DNA from: Sphyrna mokarran
Taxonomy: Eukaryota
Assembly: GCA_024679065.1 (NCBI GenBank)
Contig: JAGIQG010000012.1
Span: 54,188,001-54,252,000 of the forward strand
DNA: 64,000 bases
Reading direction: 5' to 3'
Below are positions 13,828-25,920 of this stretch, piece after piece; position 1 is the stretch's first letter; each line of letters begins with the position of its first letter. The translations under genes and the position numbers were made by a program. A model generated the notes under the pieces. It saw only the letters and a list, made by a program, of their open reading frames with translations. It searched no databases and had not been told where the DNA came from.

Positions 13828-14138
13828 CATAGAATTCCTACAGTGCAGAAGGAGGCCATTCAGCCCATCGAGTCTGCACCAACCACAATCCCACCCAGGC
13901 CCCTATTTCCGTAACTCCACATATTTACCCTGCTAATCCCCTGATACTAGAATCAATTTAGCATGGCCAAATATCCTAACCTGTACATTTTTGGACAGAT
14001 GGAAGGAAACTGGAGCACCCAGAGGAAATCCATGCAGACATAAGGAGGAAGTGCAAACTCCTCGCAATGAACTGAGGCCAGAATTAAACCTGGGTCCCAG
14101 GTGCTGTGAGGCAGCAGTACTAACCTCTGTGCTGCCCC
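13828..14138 (-). mobile_element. HE1/V-SINE with CR1-like tail
   Basis: Plus strand reads CATAGAATTCCTACAGTGCAGAAGGAGGCCATTCAGCCC (reversed tail) through GTGAGGCAGCAGTACTAACC (reversed head). Confidence 0.85.
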
Positions 14139-14599
14139 AAATTAGGCTATGCCTAACAAACAGCTACCTTTCCAGCATCCTCCCACCGCCTCCGCCACAG
14201 TTACTCCCAGCCCCCGCTATATGCTACTCCAATCAATTTCCCAATTCTCATTCCACACTTACCTGAGGGCAGCTGTCAACCAGTAACCAGATCAAAACAT
14301 TATGGCATAACTGGTTTATAAAGGCAATTTCTACTTTATACATAGTACAGAAATCTATCATGAGAATATGTGACAAAATAGCATGATGAAAAGATAGGTG
14401 ATTAAAAGCTAAGGTTCGTAAGCTTCCCAATGAATGCTGTACTCTGAAGACCAAAAGGAGAACCACTGAGTAACAGCAGAGAACACATGGTGCACTGATA
14501 GACCTTCAAGTGCAATGATGGGATTACAAAAGAGAGTATTCTACTTCACACATGAATGAACTGATGTTTCAGGACATTGTTTTTCAATAGGTAGGAGTG

Positions 14600-15094
14600 A
14601 GAAAGATGTGGAGGCTTTGGAGAGGGTACAGAGGAGGTTTACCAGGATGTTGCCTGGTATGGAGGGCAGGTCTTATGAAGAGAGGCTGAGGGATTTGAGG
14701 TTGTTTTCGTTAGAAAGGAGGCGGCTAAGAGGGGACCTTATCGAAACATATAAGATGATTAGAGGTTTAGATAGGGTGGACAGTGATAGCCTTTTTCCTA
14801 GGATGGAGAAAGCTAGCACGAGGGGACACAGCTTTAAATTAAGGGGTGATAGTTATAGGACGGATATCAGAGGTAGGTTCTTTACCCAAAGGGTGGTTCG
14901 GGAGTGGAATGCCCTGCCTGCAGCAGTTGTAGATGCGCCAAGTTTGGTGGCGTTTAAGAGGTTAGTTGATAAGTATATGGAAGAGAAGGGAATGGTTTAG
15001 TTTGGAGGGGCATTGCTTTTTATATTGGTCAGCACAACATCGAAGGCCGAAGGGCCTGTTCTGTGCTGTAGTGTTCTATGTTCTATGTTCTATG
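14600..15094 (+). mobile_element. CR1 LINE, 5'-truncated 3' end (relatively young)
   Basis: Open ORF ALERVQRRFTRMLPG...LFSLERRRLRGDLIETYK...RGHSFKL...FFTQRVV is the CR1 ORF2 C-terminus; ends in a (GTTCTAT)n tail. Confidence 0.95.
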
Positions 15095-15656
15095 ATCAGT
15101 TCTCTGGCACATTTTGCGTGGGATTTTCTGGCCTCACTTGCCCTGGTACTGGAAAATCCTGCCCGAGGTTAACGGACCTTTAGATGGTCTGCCCTTGGCC
15201 TGCTCCATTTTCCAAAGCAGATGGGTGGCAAAATTCTAGCCCAAATGTTGTAATCCAGTGAGTTGATGCACAGCTTGACCAAGGCCAGGCACACTCTGAA
15301 TGCCAAAAGGCTGGCGTCTTAAATAGAATGACAGCTAAGTTAACTTCAGCTTTACAGTGCCATACAAATGTGCTCCATAGTGTTATACAGCATGGTGACA
15401 ATAGATGAGAAATGTAACTAGTCCATGAGAGGGATGATGGCAAAGTAAACATGAAGCACTTCCACTTCTCACCCATTACCTACTTACTTAAATAAGAACA
15501 TCCCTGATATCAATGTGAGCAACTGGCTCTGCGCTGTCTAATTCACTTTCCTTCTCATCTTTTTCCTCCTCAATCTCAGAATTATTACAGATGATCTCCA
15601 CTCTGAGCCCTATTTTTCTTGCAGGTTCAAATCTCACTACTGCATAGTACACAATA

Positions 15657-15758
15657 GTTAAAAAGTCTCACAACACCAGGTTAAAGTCCAACTTCAAACT
15701 GGGTTCTGAGACTTCTTACTGTGTTTACCCCAATCCAATGCCGTTGTCTCCACATCAT
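15657..15758. mobile_element. Miniature palindromic Penelope-derived element with target-site duplication
   Basis: AAGTCTCACAACACCAGGTTAAAGTCCAAC...GAGACTTCTTACTGTGTTTACCCCAATCCAATGCCG matches the termini of the 18.8 kb and 40.6 kb elements; flanked by CATAGTACACAATA at 15643-15656 and 15756-15769. Confidence 0.8.
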
Positions 15759-16511
15759 AGTACACAATACTTATACTGGAGGTCCCAGTTATTGCGTACT
15801 GAAAAATGAGTCCAGCTCAGTCTAGGCACCGAAACGTAACTTGAACATACCAATGTTCGTTCTATCACATATCTTGCGGTCATATGGCCTTCACTATGGG
15901 ACTATTGGTCTTCGTTATTCAGTCTTTTTTTAATTCATTCATGGAATAAGGGCATCGCATTTATTGCCCATCCCTAGTTGCCCTTGAAAAGGTGGTGGTG
16001 AGCTTTTTGAATCATTGCAGTCCATGGGTGTTCTGTTGGGTGTCATCAAGCAAGTTTGAAATGGTATCCCTTGTCTTATTTCTTAACTGCACTTCTGGGT
16101 ATCAAAAATGTCAAGGCTTTTTTGACTACCATATATTATAAACATTATAATAGGTCTCAACAAATATTACACAACCTTCGGAAATACCCTCCTGTGATTG
16201 CTCATCAGCTGTATATTGATAGAACGGAAGCCCCAGAAATTCGCAGTCTCATGGTCGCTCTAAATGTTCAAGGATTGCCATGCATGTGCAGTCAATGGTG
16301 ACTTGTGCCTGTGGGAAACCAAGCAAAGGTGCAAAATGAGGTGCCTACTCATTCTGACTTGCATTGCCACAGGTGAAATTCAGATAATTGCTGACCCTGC
16401 TTATCATATACCAGTTTTACGTATTTTTGGGCTGCCAACTGGGAAACTCTAAATGTGTGTTCAGCAGAGTCCTCCACTTTGTTACTTTGATGACCTTGTG
16501 GAGAAGTATGT

Positions 16512-16654
16512 GGGACAGGATTTTCCACCTCCCTCCACCCCTTGCAACATTTTCCAGTGGTGGAGGCTGCAGGGCATTGGGCACCAGGGAAATCTTCCTG
16601 TTAGGCTGAAAGCAGAAGTATCCTACTGGTGGAAGGATTAAAAAAATCCTTCCC
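16512..16654. mobile_element. Short GC-rich MITE-like element, probably Harbinger-derived (one of many)
   Basis: Imperfect terminal inverted repeats GGGACAGGATTTT / AAAATCCTTCCC. Similar elements occur near 1590-1790, 2720-2890, 15110-15240, 20060-20350 and 21110-21255. Confidence 0.55.
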
Positions 16655-17474
16655 ATGCTGTCTTATCAAAAGATTTTGTAAAGACTGGCTATCCAGGGAG
16701 CTCTGTGTTTCTGGTGACTTCTTCAAAAAAATACAAATGGAACAATTAGTTGTGAATTGTTCTAAGAGTGGGTTAAGTGGCCCTGTTGTCAGATGTAAAC
16801 TTAAATGGTTTCATTAGAGATCCCATATTTGTTGAAAATTGAGATACCACATTGGTGCTTCTAGAAGTGTCCTTCTGAGCTTGTTAGATATGCCAAAGGG
16901 ATATTTTATTTTATATTTATTCCATGCTATGTATGGCATGAAAGATCCGTCATGCCTTAAAATAGTTCAGCACCTAAGTGTTGAAGTCCTAAAACAGAAC
17001 ACAATAGTAATTTCGTTACAGGTAACCCCATACTGCATTATCTAAGGTGATTCTCCTTAACGTTCTTAGTTTTGTCAACATTTTTTACCTTTCACTGGTT
17101 TGTTACACGAAACAGAAGGATATTTCCACATAATCAGCTGATGAAGCTGTAATTAACACTACTTTCCTCTTCAAAATCTGAAGCTGCAAATTAAGTGTGA
17201 ATAGCTTATTTAATTTAATGCAGTCATACTTAAATTTTCTGGATGACTATTCCTAATAACATAAAAATTACATCATTAACTAGTATAATGAGAATTTTGC
17301 ACTTATCAGAAAGTGCTATATTTTACACAATTGTATGATGACAATATGGCTAAAACATATCAAGACATATAACAATTTCTTTGCATCCATCAAGAAGTCA
17401 AAATTCAACTGTGTTTATGTTAACTGCTGTTTGCTCTCTAGATATGTATAATACGGCAGACGATTTAATAGTAC

Positions 17475-17607
17475 CTTCAGCTAATGTTCGGCCTGAGCCT
17501 AGTTCACCTGTTATACATCCAATCCGATTACAGGCAGTGATTGTAAAGTTATAAATTCTGTACGGTTTCAGATCTGTCACCAGGTAGAATCGCTCTTTAT
17601 GAAGCAC
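17475..17607 (-). CDS. USH2A: Usherin exon (human exon 20 equivalent), FN3
   Basis: tatacAG|GTG and GAAG|GTacta; 133 nt, phase 0 to 1; VLHKERFYLVTDLKPYRIYNFTITACNRIGCITGELGSGRTLAE. The next exon was not found in 1..17474. Confidence 0.9.
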
Positions 17608-18765
17608 CTGTATACAAAGTAAATATAGTCAATGATGTGATATTATCCCCCCAAAAATTTACATAAATTTATACTTTGAAGTATAGATAAAAGATGGTAA
17701 CTTTTTATGTTAATGATAACATTGACACTTCTGATCTTGATATGTTATCCCTAATACAAGAATTTACCATAACAGCTCGCAAAGCAAGGATATTTGTTCT
17801 AAATTCAAATAGAAATGCTACGCTTTACTGAAGATATCTTTCTTTTCTGGTTAATCTACTGCAATAATGCTCATAGATAATTTGGGAAGTGGGATATGCT
17901 TATGACATTTAACTGTTAAGGTAGAGTCGTGTTTAATTTGGCTTAGCCCCTTAATGTTACTGTTCAGGAAAATGGTCTAAATAGGCATATTTCAAGGGGT
18001 CAATCTTCTGTAGATTAGCAGTTTCATATGCCTCCCTGTTTTCTTTTAGCTTCCTGGAGAGAAAGAAGCAAAGTGAATGAGAGTAGATAGTGTGTTGAGG
18101 GTTGGGGAGGTAGTGGGGGGAAGGCAGGTTGTGGTAGTGGTGCTAGCGGTGCTAGCAGTGAGAGGAGGATGGAGAGAAAAGCAACATAAAAGGCAAAAGT
18201 GAGAGGCGAGAGAAGACAGTGTATGGGGGAAATGGGATTAGGAGGGAAATGTGGAGTTTGACTTAATGCAGTTAATGGGGTGTGTTACAGACAGCGTGAA
18301 AGAGATCTACTGAAATATCTATTCCCTTCTGTAGTGCCTGTAATCAGTGAGCTCGTGTAAGGAAGATGTGTCTGTTTCTTAACCTCTGAGTGTGTGGACA
18401 ATTTGAGTAAACAGCAGCAAGCTTTCCTCGGTCTAAATTAAGAGGAGTGTTTATTTAAACATCCACCCCAAAATGTAACACTTACTTCACTTACACAAAG
18501 TTTCACACACACAAACAAACTGAAGTAAAGTGCAGTTCAAGAAAACAATGCACTTTTATGGCTGAAAGGAATAGTTCATAATTTCATATGATCGTTCTGC
18601 TCTGGGAAACATATGTTACAGAACTGATGAAAGTGATGTCCAAATTTTAGAAGTATAGTTTATGGGAGTTCAATCACTGGAGTGAAATGCCAAAGTGGTT
18701 TTCAGGATTCACTCAAAGAGATGAACTTTCTGCAGGTCTTAGAGTCAACTGCTTGTAATCGCATT

Positions 18766-19846
18766 GATATGGAGATGCTGGCATTGGACCGGGATAAACA
18801 CAGTAAGAAGTCTCACAACATCAGGTTAAAGTCCAGTAGGTTTATTAGATAGTAAACACCACTAGCTTTTGGAGCGTTGCTCCTTTGTCAGGTGAGTGGG
18901 GAGTTCTGATCACAAATAGGGCATGTAAAGGCACACACGGTTTACAGAATACTGATTAGAATGTGAGTCTTTACACCTAATCAAGTCTTAAAGGTACAGA
19001 CAATGTGAGTGGAGATAGTATTAAGCATAGGTTAAAGAGATGTGTATTGTTTCCAGACAGCTCAGTCAGTGAGATATTGCAAGCCCAGGAACTCATGGGG
19101 ACTACAGATAGTGTGACATGAACCCAAGATCCCAGTTGAGACCATCCTCATGTGTGCGGAACTTGGCTGTTTTTGCTCACCGATTCTATGCTGTGATATG
19201 TCATGAAGGCTGCCTTGGAGAACGCTTACCTGAAGATCAGAGGCCGAATGCCCGTGACTGCTGAAGTGTTTGCCAACAGGAAGGGGACAGTCTTGCCTGG
19301 TGATTGTTGGGTAGTGCTTATTCATCCATTATCACAGTGTTTGCATGGTCTTTCCAGTGTATCATGCCTCGAGTACCATGCTTCCTGTTGGCAAACACTT
19401 CAGCGATCACAGGCATTCGGCTTCTGATCTTCAAATAAGTGTCGTCCAAGGCGGCCTTCATGACACAGGACAACGCAGAGTTGTTGAGCAGAGACTGATA
19501 GCCATGTTCCATACACATGAGGACAGCTTCACCCAGGATCTTGGGTTCATGTTCACACTATCTGTAACCCCCATGACTTGCAACAGCTCACTTACAGTCC
19601 TGTCTGGAGACAATACACGTCTTTAATCTCTGCTTAATGCTATCTCCACTCACATTGTCTGCACCTTTAGACTTGATTAGATGTAAAGGCTCACATTCTA
19701 ATCAGTATTCTGTAAACTGAGTGTGTGCCTTTACATGCCCTGTTTGTGATCAAAACTCCCCATTCACCTGACAAAGGAGCAACGCTCCGAAAGCTACCAA
19801 ATAAACCTGTTGGACTTTAATCTGGTGATGTGAGACTTCTCACTGT
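18766..19846. mobile_element. Penelope-like retroelement 3' end in inverted (palindromic) arrangement, GIY-YIG endonuclease remnant on both strands
   Basis: Arms 18800-19283 and 19381-19846 are reverse complements. Both encode LPVGKHFS.H.HSASDLQ.SV.QG.LHD...EQ (PLE endonuclease C-terminus), and the left arm keeps Y-T-G-K-T at the YIGET position. Degenerate TSD TGTAATCGCATT / TGTAGTCACATT. Confidence 0.9.
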
Positions 19847-22543
19847 AGTCACATTACCAGGTCAGTTTTCTATATTGCTGTTTCCAATAAAGAAACAGGC
19901 TTGAAGAACTTGTTACGTGATTGTCTCCAGTTCTTAAAACATATTGTTACTAACTTTTCTGTTGCTGCTGTGCATTTCTGCAGGCAATGCTTAAAGACTT
20001 AAAAGAGAGATCAACATGGCTGTCCCGCCATAGGACTTCTATTAATTTTGCTTTCCAAACATGGGCCAGGATTCTACCAAACAAATTGGAAGTCCACAAT
20101 TTGTGAGAAAACAGGAGTAATTTCCGTCAATTTTTTTAGCGTGATTTTCAGAATGAATCTCTGGCACGCTGAGTATTGCAGAGTGTCAGAGCAGGATTCC
20201 CTCAGAAAATCAGGGGACGGGGCTTATTTTTGCTGAGTGGGCCACTGTGGATATGCCGATCTCTGCTCTCAGATATCTTTCCACCCCTGAAATTTCACAC
20301 TTCCTTCGCCCTCCCCCTCTGCTGGTGGGGAGCTAAAGTTCTGGCCCATATTTTAAAAGTTATGAATTTGACAAACTTACTGGGCTTGATAGGAGACATG
20401 CTTTAATGAGGAAGCTGGCCTTCGGCTACAAGGTAGTGAGATGTGCGAATTTCAATCATTAAAACAATAGTCAGTGTTTCTGTTTAATTGGAGATAGGGA
20501 TGTCAGTCTTGGAGATAGAGAAATAGTTCCTTCCATGAACCTCTCTGCCCCCCTTCCTTGCTTTCCACCTGAACACATACCTGTTGACATAGTGTTTTAT
20601 CATTTGTGCTTCTTGTGGCTCAGTGTCAAATTGTTAAATTGCTCATGTGCCCTTAGAATATTTTACAATGCAAGATGTGTGATTCTAAATTAACATTGTT
20701 GCTGTATGCTTTATTGTCAGCTAGTTGAATGTTTGGTCTCAGTATTCAGATTGACATTATTGCTGCTCTACCTAGCTGTCTTTACAAAATTCTCTGACTA
20801 CTTTGACAGGTATGTCTTTATTTTGATAACTTTCAATCAGGGTTGAAATTAATGTCTGTTGAATTCACAAGTTATTTTACACTTCTGTACACTCATTCTG
20901 ACAGCTTTTGAAAAGCCACAATCACAATTTTCTTGAAAGGTACATCTGAGGAATATTATGGTTCAGTTCAGAGCTGTCATTTAACATTAGTTGCTGCCTT
21001 ATTGTTCTTAATTTATTGCTTAATGACATGTTCACAGTGCCAGCTACCTTTGAGATGGTGAGACCCATTTACATTTTTAATGTATACAATTTGAAAACAT
21101 TTGCTCTCACATGGGGTGGGATTTTCTGGCTGCGCTTGACCCAATGCCGGAAAATCCTGCCTGAGGTCAACAAAGCTTTGCATGCCCCCCCCCTCCCCCC
21201 CTTACACATCTGCTACAATTCCTGTGGAAGGCATGCAGGGAAAACTCTTCCCCATGGCTTTGCACATGTGAAATTGAAGGTCAAACATTTTAACATTCAA
21301 TGTATGTTAAAATTCCCCCAATGAAAACTATTGGTTTCACTTAGATAGTGGCATAACTATGACAAACGAACACTATCAGTAGATCTAAGTGCTAGACCTC
21401 ATTAAATCCAGACAACTGACTTCTTGCTTGGAACAGGAGTAAACTGAACTAGAAGCAGCTGCTTGCCTGCTTGTGGAAATTTGAATGGTCTTTGGGCAAC
21501 TATCAACATTCAGAGGACTCAGGGCTTTGGGAAGGTTGCCCTTTAGAGAATTCACAGTGGACTATCTGATCCAGGATGAGTAGCCTAAACACTTCTGCTG
21601 TCCCATCCCTTCAAAGGAAATTAAAACACCTAAAACTCTTTTGTTTCTAATCATCTGCCATCAGTGAGAAAGCCACCGCACTTTTCTTAGCCAGGCAGGA
21701 CATAATTTAACAGTCGGGGCTTAGTGATAGCATCAAGTCCCAACCTATTTCTTCAAACACTGCCCACTGATAGCAGGTGGGATCATGTGCTGCCTGCTTA
21801 GATGAGCTGCCTAGTATAACCTCTGGTTAATTTGAATTTTTGAGTTTGAAATGCATGGATAAAGGTGAGATCAAGTTAACAGTGACCTAACCTAGCGAGA
21901 AACCGACTGAGTCAGATGTGCCAGGCAATCAAATCAAGTTAATTTTCTGCCAAGTAGGCAGATGGCAACACCTCACTCATAGCCAGAATAAAGGAATAAG
22001 GAGCCCACGGCAGGCATATACCTGAACACAAATGAGGCAACAATCAACAAATGGCTGTGGAAAAATCAAGATTAGAAATACTGAGATAGAGAGAGTGGGC
22101 AATTCCAAGTCACTTGGCTAGATGATAAACACCAAAATTACATTCAAGACTTGAAGCACTATATATGACAATGACTTAGGTAACTTCTGGGAAGTCCAAA
22201 AGTGTCAGCATGAAGCTGGAAAAAAAATCCATTTCAATCATCACTGTGGGGGGTTGTATGCTTTGCTTGCAAGAGTTGGACTCTGAGGAAAGGGGATGCG
22301 ACCAAATTTTGAAATGTAGGTATTGCAGAGAACATTCTGCATCAACTGCTTGGAAAGAAAGACGAATGAATGGGGCAGATCAAGAGTCAAAGTTCAGGGA
22401 TCAAAATGGTTGCTAAGTAAGGCTAGTGAAAGAAAAATAACCAAGTATAGACATTGGAAATGAAGATTGAGGGCTTGAATTTAACATCAAGTTGCACCCA
22501 TCTTTGGGCATGAAAACTTGGTAAAGTCAGATGTGAGGCAAGT

Positions 22544-24848
22544 GGCGTGATCTTGACCACATCTGTGCAAGTTCCTCCCTTTACCAAGTGTCTAATATGG
22601 CTGTGATCAGGACCACACCCAAAACAGGCACGACAGCAATTTAAATGCATTTAAATTGAATTAATGGGTTGCACATCCAACTTTACCAGCACTTCCCTCT
22701 TTACTATTGCATTCGCCAATTGGGAATCTGCGCAAATCATACATGCTCAATAGAAGTCCAATTCAGGCACTCCATCAGTAAGGAGATAAGTGTATAGTGT
22801 CCGATGACGCTCTGTTACTCGTGGATGTCCTGTTGTTGCATCTATTTTCTCGGGTCGGTGGCGACTCTGCAAATGTATGGGGGATGGGGGGGGCTGTTGC
22901 TCTGCAAGGTATCCGCTAAATGACTTGTAGCCCAAACCTGGGTCTCAGCATTGACCGTGGGCCTTGTGGTGCTGCTGGGTCCTAGTGCACTCAGCTCACT
23001 TCCAGCTGAAGGATGTGCACAAAGCCCTTGCAAATAGCACTGCAGCAGTGTTTCAACTTTGCGAGGAGCTGTGATTGTGGGGAGCACATGGCTGGGGGAA
23101 CTGGGGGATGTGTGACTGTGGGGAGCATGTGGCTGGGGGAATTGGGGGGGCATGAACAGTGATTGTTGATGTGTTAGGGGCAAGAAGCTTTCTATAACCT
23201 CGACATAATCCTCTCCATCTCCCGCTCCCCACTCCCTCCACTTTCAGAGTGATAATATTGCTTTTTCTATGCAACCAATCGATCTTGCTGTCCTTTTGGT
23301 TGGTGCTGGAGCAGGAGGAAGAATTGCAGGCAGAGGGGGCCTGAGCCTTAACACATCCAGGACTAGAGGGAGATGACTGCCAGAGGCAGGAGGTGGCCAC
23401 CATTCACCCAGAGGAGGGGCGCAGGAGAAGAAGGGAGCAGAGGTGCCATCAGTTCTGTGTGTGAGTGTCCTTCGAGCAGATGTCAGACACTGTATGCCAC
23501 CGACGTCTCCATCTCTGAAAAGGAGACTGTGCAATGCCTGTGCAAACTGTTGTAGGACCTAGCACCTAGAAGCATTGGCGGGAGGCAGTACCACCCACTC
23601 TCAGTGGCTGCAAAATTGACGGCTGCTCTAAACTTTTACGTAACTGGTTCTTTTCAGACTCCAAGCTGGGAATGTCTGTGGGATCTCCCAATCTGCTATG
23701 CATACCTGTGTGAGCCAGGTCACTGAAGCCCTGTATGCCTGGCTAACCAGTTCATCAATCTGGATCAGGCGCAGCAGGAAAACGAGCAGCAGGGCTCACA
23801 GCCACAATGGGTTGCCTAAAGTGCAGGAGGCGCTTGACTGCATACACATCTCCCTCAAGGAACCCCCCCTACAGAACCTGTGGAGATTTGTAAATAGGAA
23901 GGGGTTCCATTCCCTGAACGTTCAGTTAGTGTGTGACCATAACATAACCATCACGCACATCTGTGCCAGACATCCAGGCAGTGTGCATGACAGTTTCATT
24001 ATCAGGAGTTTGGACATCCCAGAGACATTCCAGAAGGAGCCCAGGCTGTGGGGGGTAGTTCGTGGGTGGTATGGGTTACCTGCTTCAGACATGGTTGATG
24101 ATGCCTGTGCAGAGGCCTATGACTGAGGTGGAGTCCCACTATAACGAGGCCCATGTAGCCACTCACGCAATAATGGAGAGGTGCACTGGGCTCCTCAAAA
24201 TGTGATTCCAGTGCCTGGACCGATCTGGCAGGGCTCTCCAATACAGACCAGTGACCTGTTCAAGCATAGCGATTGTGTGCTGTGTCTCGCACAATCAGGC
24301 TTTATAGAGAGGTGGCGTCTTGAAGGAGGATGTGGAAGCTGACCAGCTGGTCATCGCTGGGGAGGATGACCAGCAGGAGGAAGAGGAAGAGGAGGAGGAG
24401 GAAGATGAGGAAAAGCATGCCGAGGAACACCAATCAGGCACTGGAGGGCTGGCAGCCCAAATGAGATACACGAGGGTAGCAAGTAAGGCCCTGATCAACA
24501 GACAGTCTGGGTGGCAGGCAGGTGGGGGAGATAAGAGAGTGAGTAATGTTGGAGCAATGGCTGTGGGGGCCAGGGAAAGGTATTATGCAAGCCGGGTGTG
24601 ATGTGTAAGGGAGCAGTATTCTATCATTTTTTTGGTGCACGTGCACAGTTGAAGGTGCTGATCAGAGCTGCAGTATTTTGGGCATGATAAGCCTTGCCCA
24701 CAGGCTTGTTCAGTGCGATTCAGAATCTCTGTTTTTTTTCAGGCAGAGTGCTTATGGGGGCGCCAGAGAATGGGTCTAAAAGTCAGATCTGAAACATTCC
24801 TAGATTCAAGTCCACCCAGCACTTAGAATCAAAATGGGAAAATTGGCC
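22544..24848 (+). mobile_element. PIF/Harbinger DNA transposon with disrupted HARBI1-like DDE transposase (about 23269-24500)
   Basis: Motifs LSVAAKLTAALNFYVTGSFQ, ALDCIHI, NRKGFHSLNVQLVCD, RHPGSVHDSFI, GY..QTWLM.PV, YNEAHVATHAIMERCTGLLKM*FQCLDRSG; several frameshifts and stops; acidic poly-Glu tail. Element ends approximate. Confidence 0.9.
24376..24410 (+). repeat. GAG/GAA trinucleotide run encoding the acidic tail of the transposase
   Basis: GAGGAAGAGGAAGAGGAGGAGGAGGAAGATGAGG read directly. Confidence 0.8.
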
Positions 24849-25753
24849 TGAAAGTCTTGGTTAGAATTTTAAGGATGGCAAGCAATCAGCAACTGCCATC
24901 ACAAGAGTTGGCATTGAACAAACAGCTGCCGACTCTCTTAACTCCCAACACCATTTAACGTTCACTTGAGCACTGATTGACAGTGAGTGGGACTTCCATT
25001 CATCCTTGGAAGGAAGTCCCGTCTGTGAGAGCTGTCAGCTGATCTATTTGGCCAACAGATCTTCAACCTTCAACTTTCAATCTCCAAGTACAGAAGTTTC
25101 CTTGAGGAGCTTGTTGTAAAACTGAGGTGCTTCAGTGCCACCACTGGTAGGAGACTGTATTAGAATGTGATAATTCTCAGTGGGAAGTTTTCACTGTAGG
25201 AATTTATATTAGGAATGTAACGGGTGGAGAATTATTTTATACATTAGAATTATCTACATTTACAGTCACAATAACAACAAAGAGTAAGAGGCTAGAACAA
25301 TTGTTTAAATACGCACCCTTCATGTCTTGAGATGAAATGCATCCCGGATTGACGAGATGTGTCTTTTTTACCTGCCTGCTTTATAAATCCTAAATGAGAT
25401 GAATCTAGTTCCTAGTGAGCTTGAACTCACAATATATCAAGTGTCATTACCTAGGCACTAAAATTTGGAATTCTGAAGCTCATGGTTCATTTCAAAGGGA
25501 GAGAGTCTCACCCTGCAGTAAGCCATGTCAATCACATGTGTAATTACGTCTGATTTTGGAGTGCTTAACGCTGAAATTAAGTACACAAAAATACGTTCAG
25601 TTTCACAGTGCCAGCATTCCTTGGTTTGAGCACTCTAAAAATTCAGCAGAAATTATAAGAAAAAAACAAAAGTTAGTTACATTTTATTAACGTGTTCTGT
25701 CACTCAAACCTATCAAGTAATTAAGGAAAAACACCTATAAAAAAGACTCTTAC

Positions 25754-25920
25754 TCGTGAAAGTGGCAGCACAAATTGATTAGTCGTCTGCTCATCATCAA
25801 TGTTGATGATATATCCAATCACTTCTCCTCTTATTGAACTGCTGTTTGGTTGCGTCCACGTAACATTTAAAGCAGATGATGAAAGTGAGAAAACTGATGG
25901 TGCAGCCATAAACAAGGGTG
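25754..25920 (-). CDS. USH2A: Usherin exon (human exon 19 equivalent), FN3
   Basis: ccttttAG|CA and CGA|GTaaga; 167 nt, phase 1 to 0; (A)PLFMAAPSVFSLSSSALNVTWTQPNSSSIRGEVIGYIINI...LSR. Confidence 0.92.

Noticed and set aside
1-17474. Search for USH2A exon 21 (expected FN3 end followed by a G-x-G-Y laminin-G start)
   Set aside because: No open, splice-bounded match found by eye. ORF 3458..3646 (INSVNITW) is only superficially FN3-like, and GGAAATGGTTAA near 10010 reads into a stop. The exon probably lies beyond the window edge.
23070-23150. G-rich roughly 41-bp tandem duplication with G-quadruplex potential
   Set aside because: Two units only, internal to the Harbinger element; not a CRISPR-like array and no evidence of function.
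23269-24500. Domesticated HARBI1 gene
   Set aside because: Multiple frameshifts and stops, a lost catalytic Asp and several related decayed copies in the same window indicate a dead transposon.
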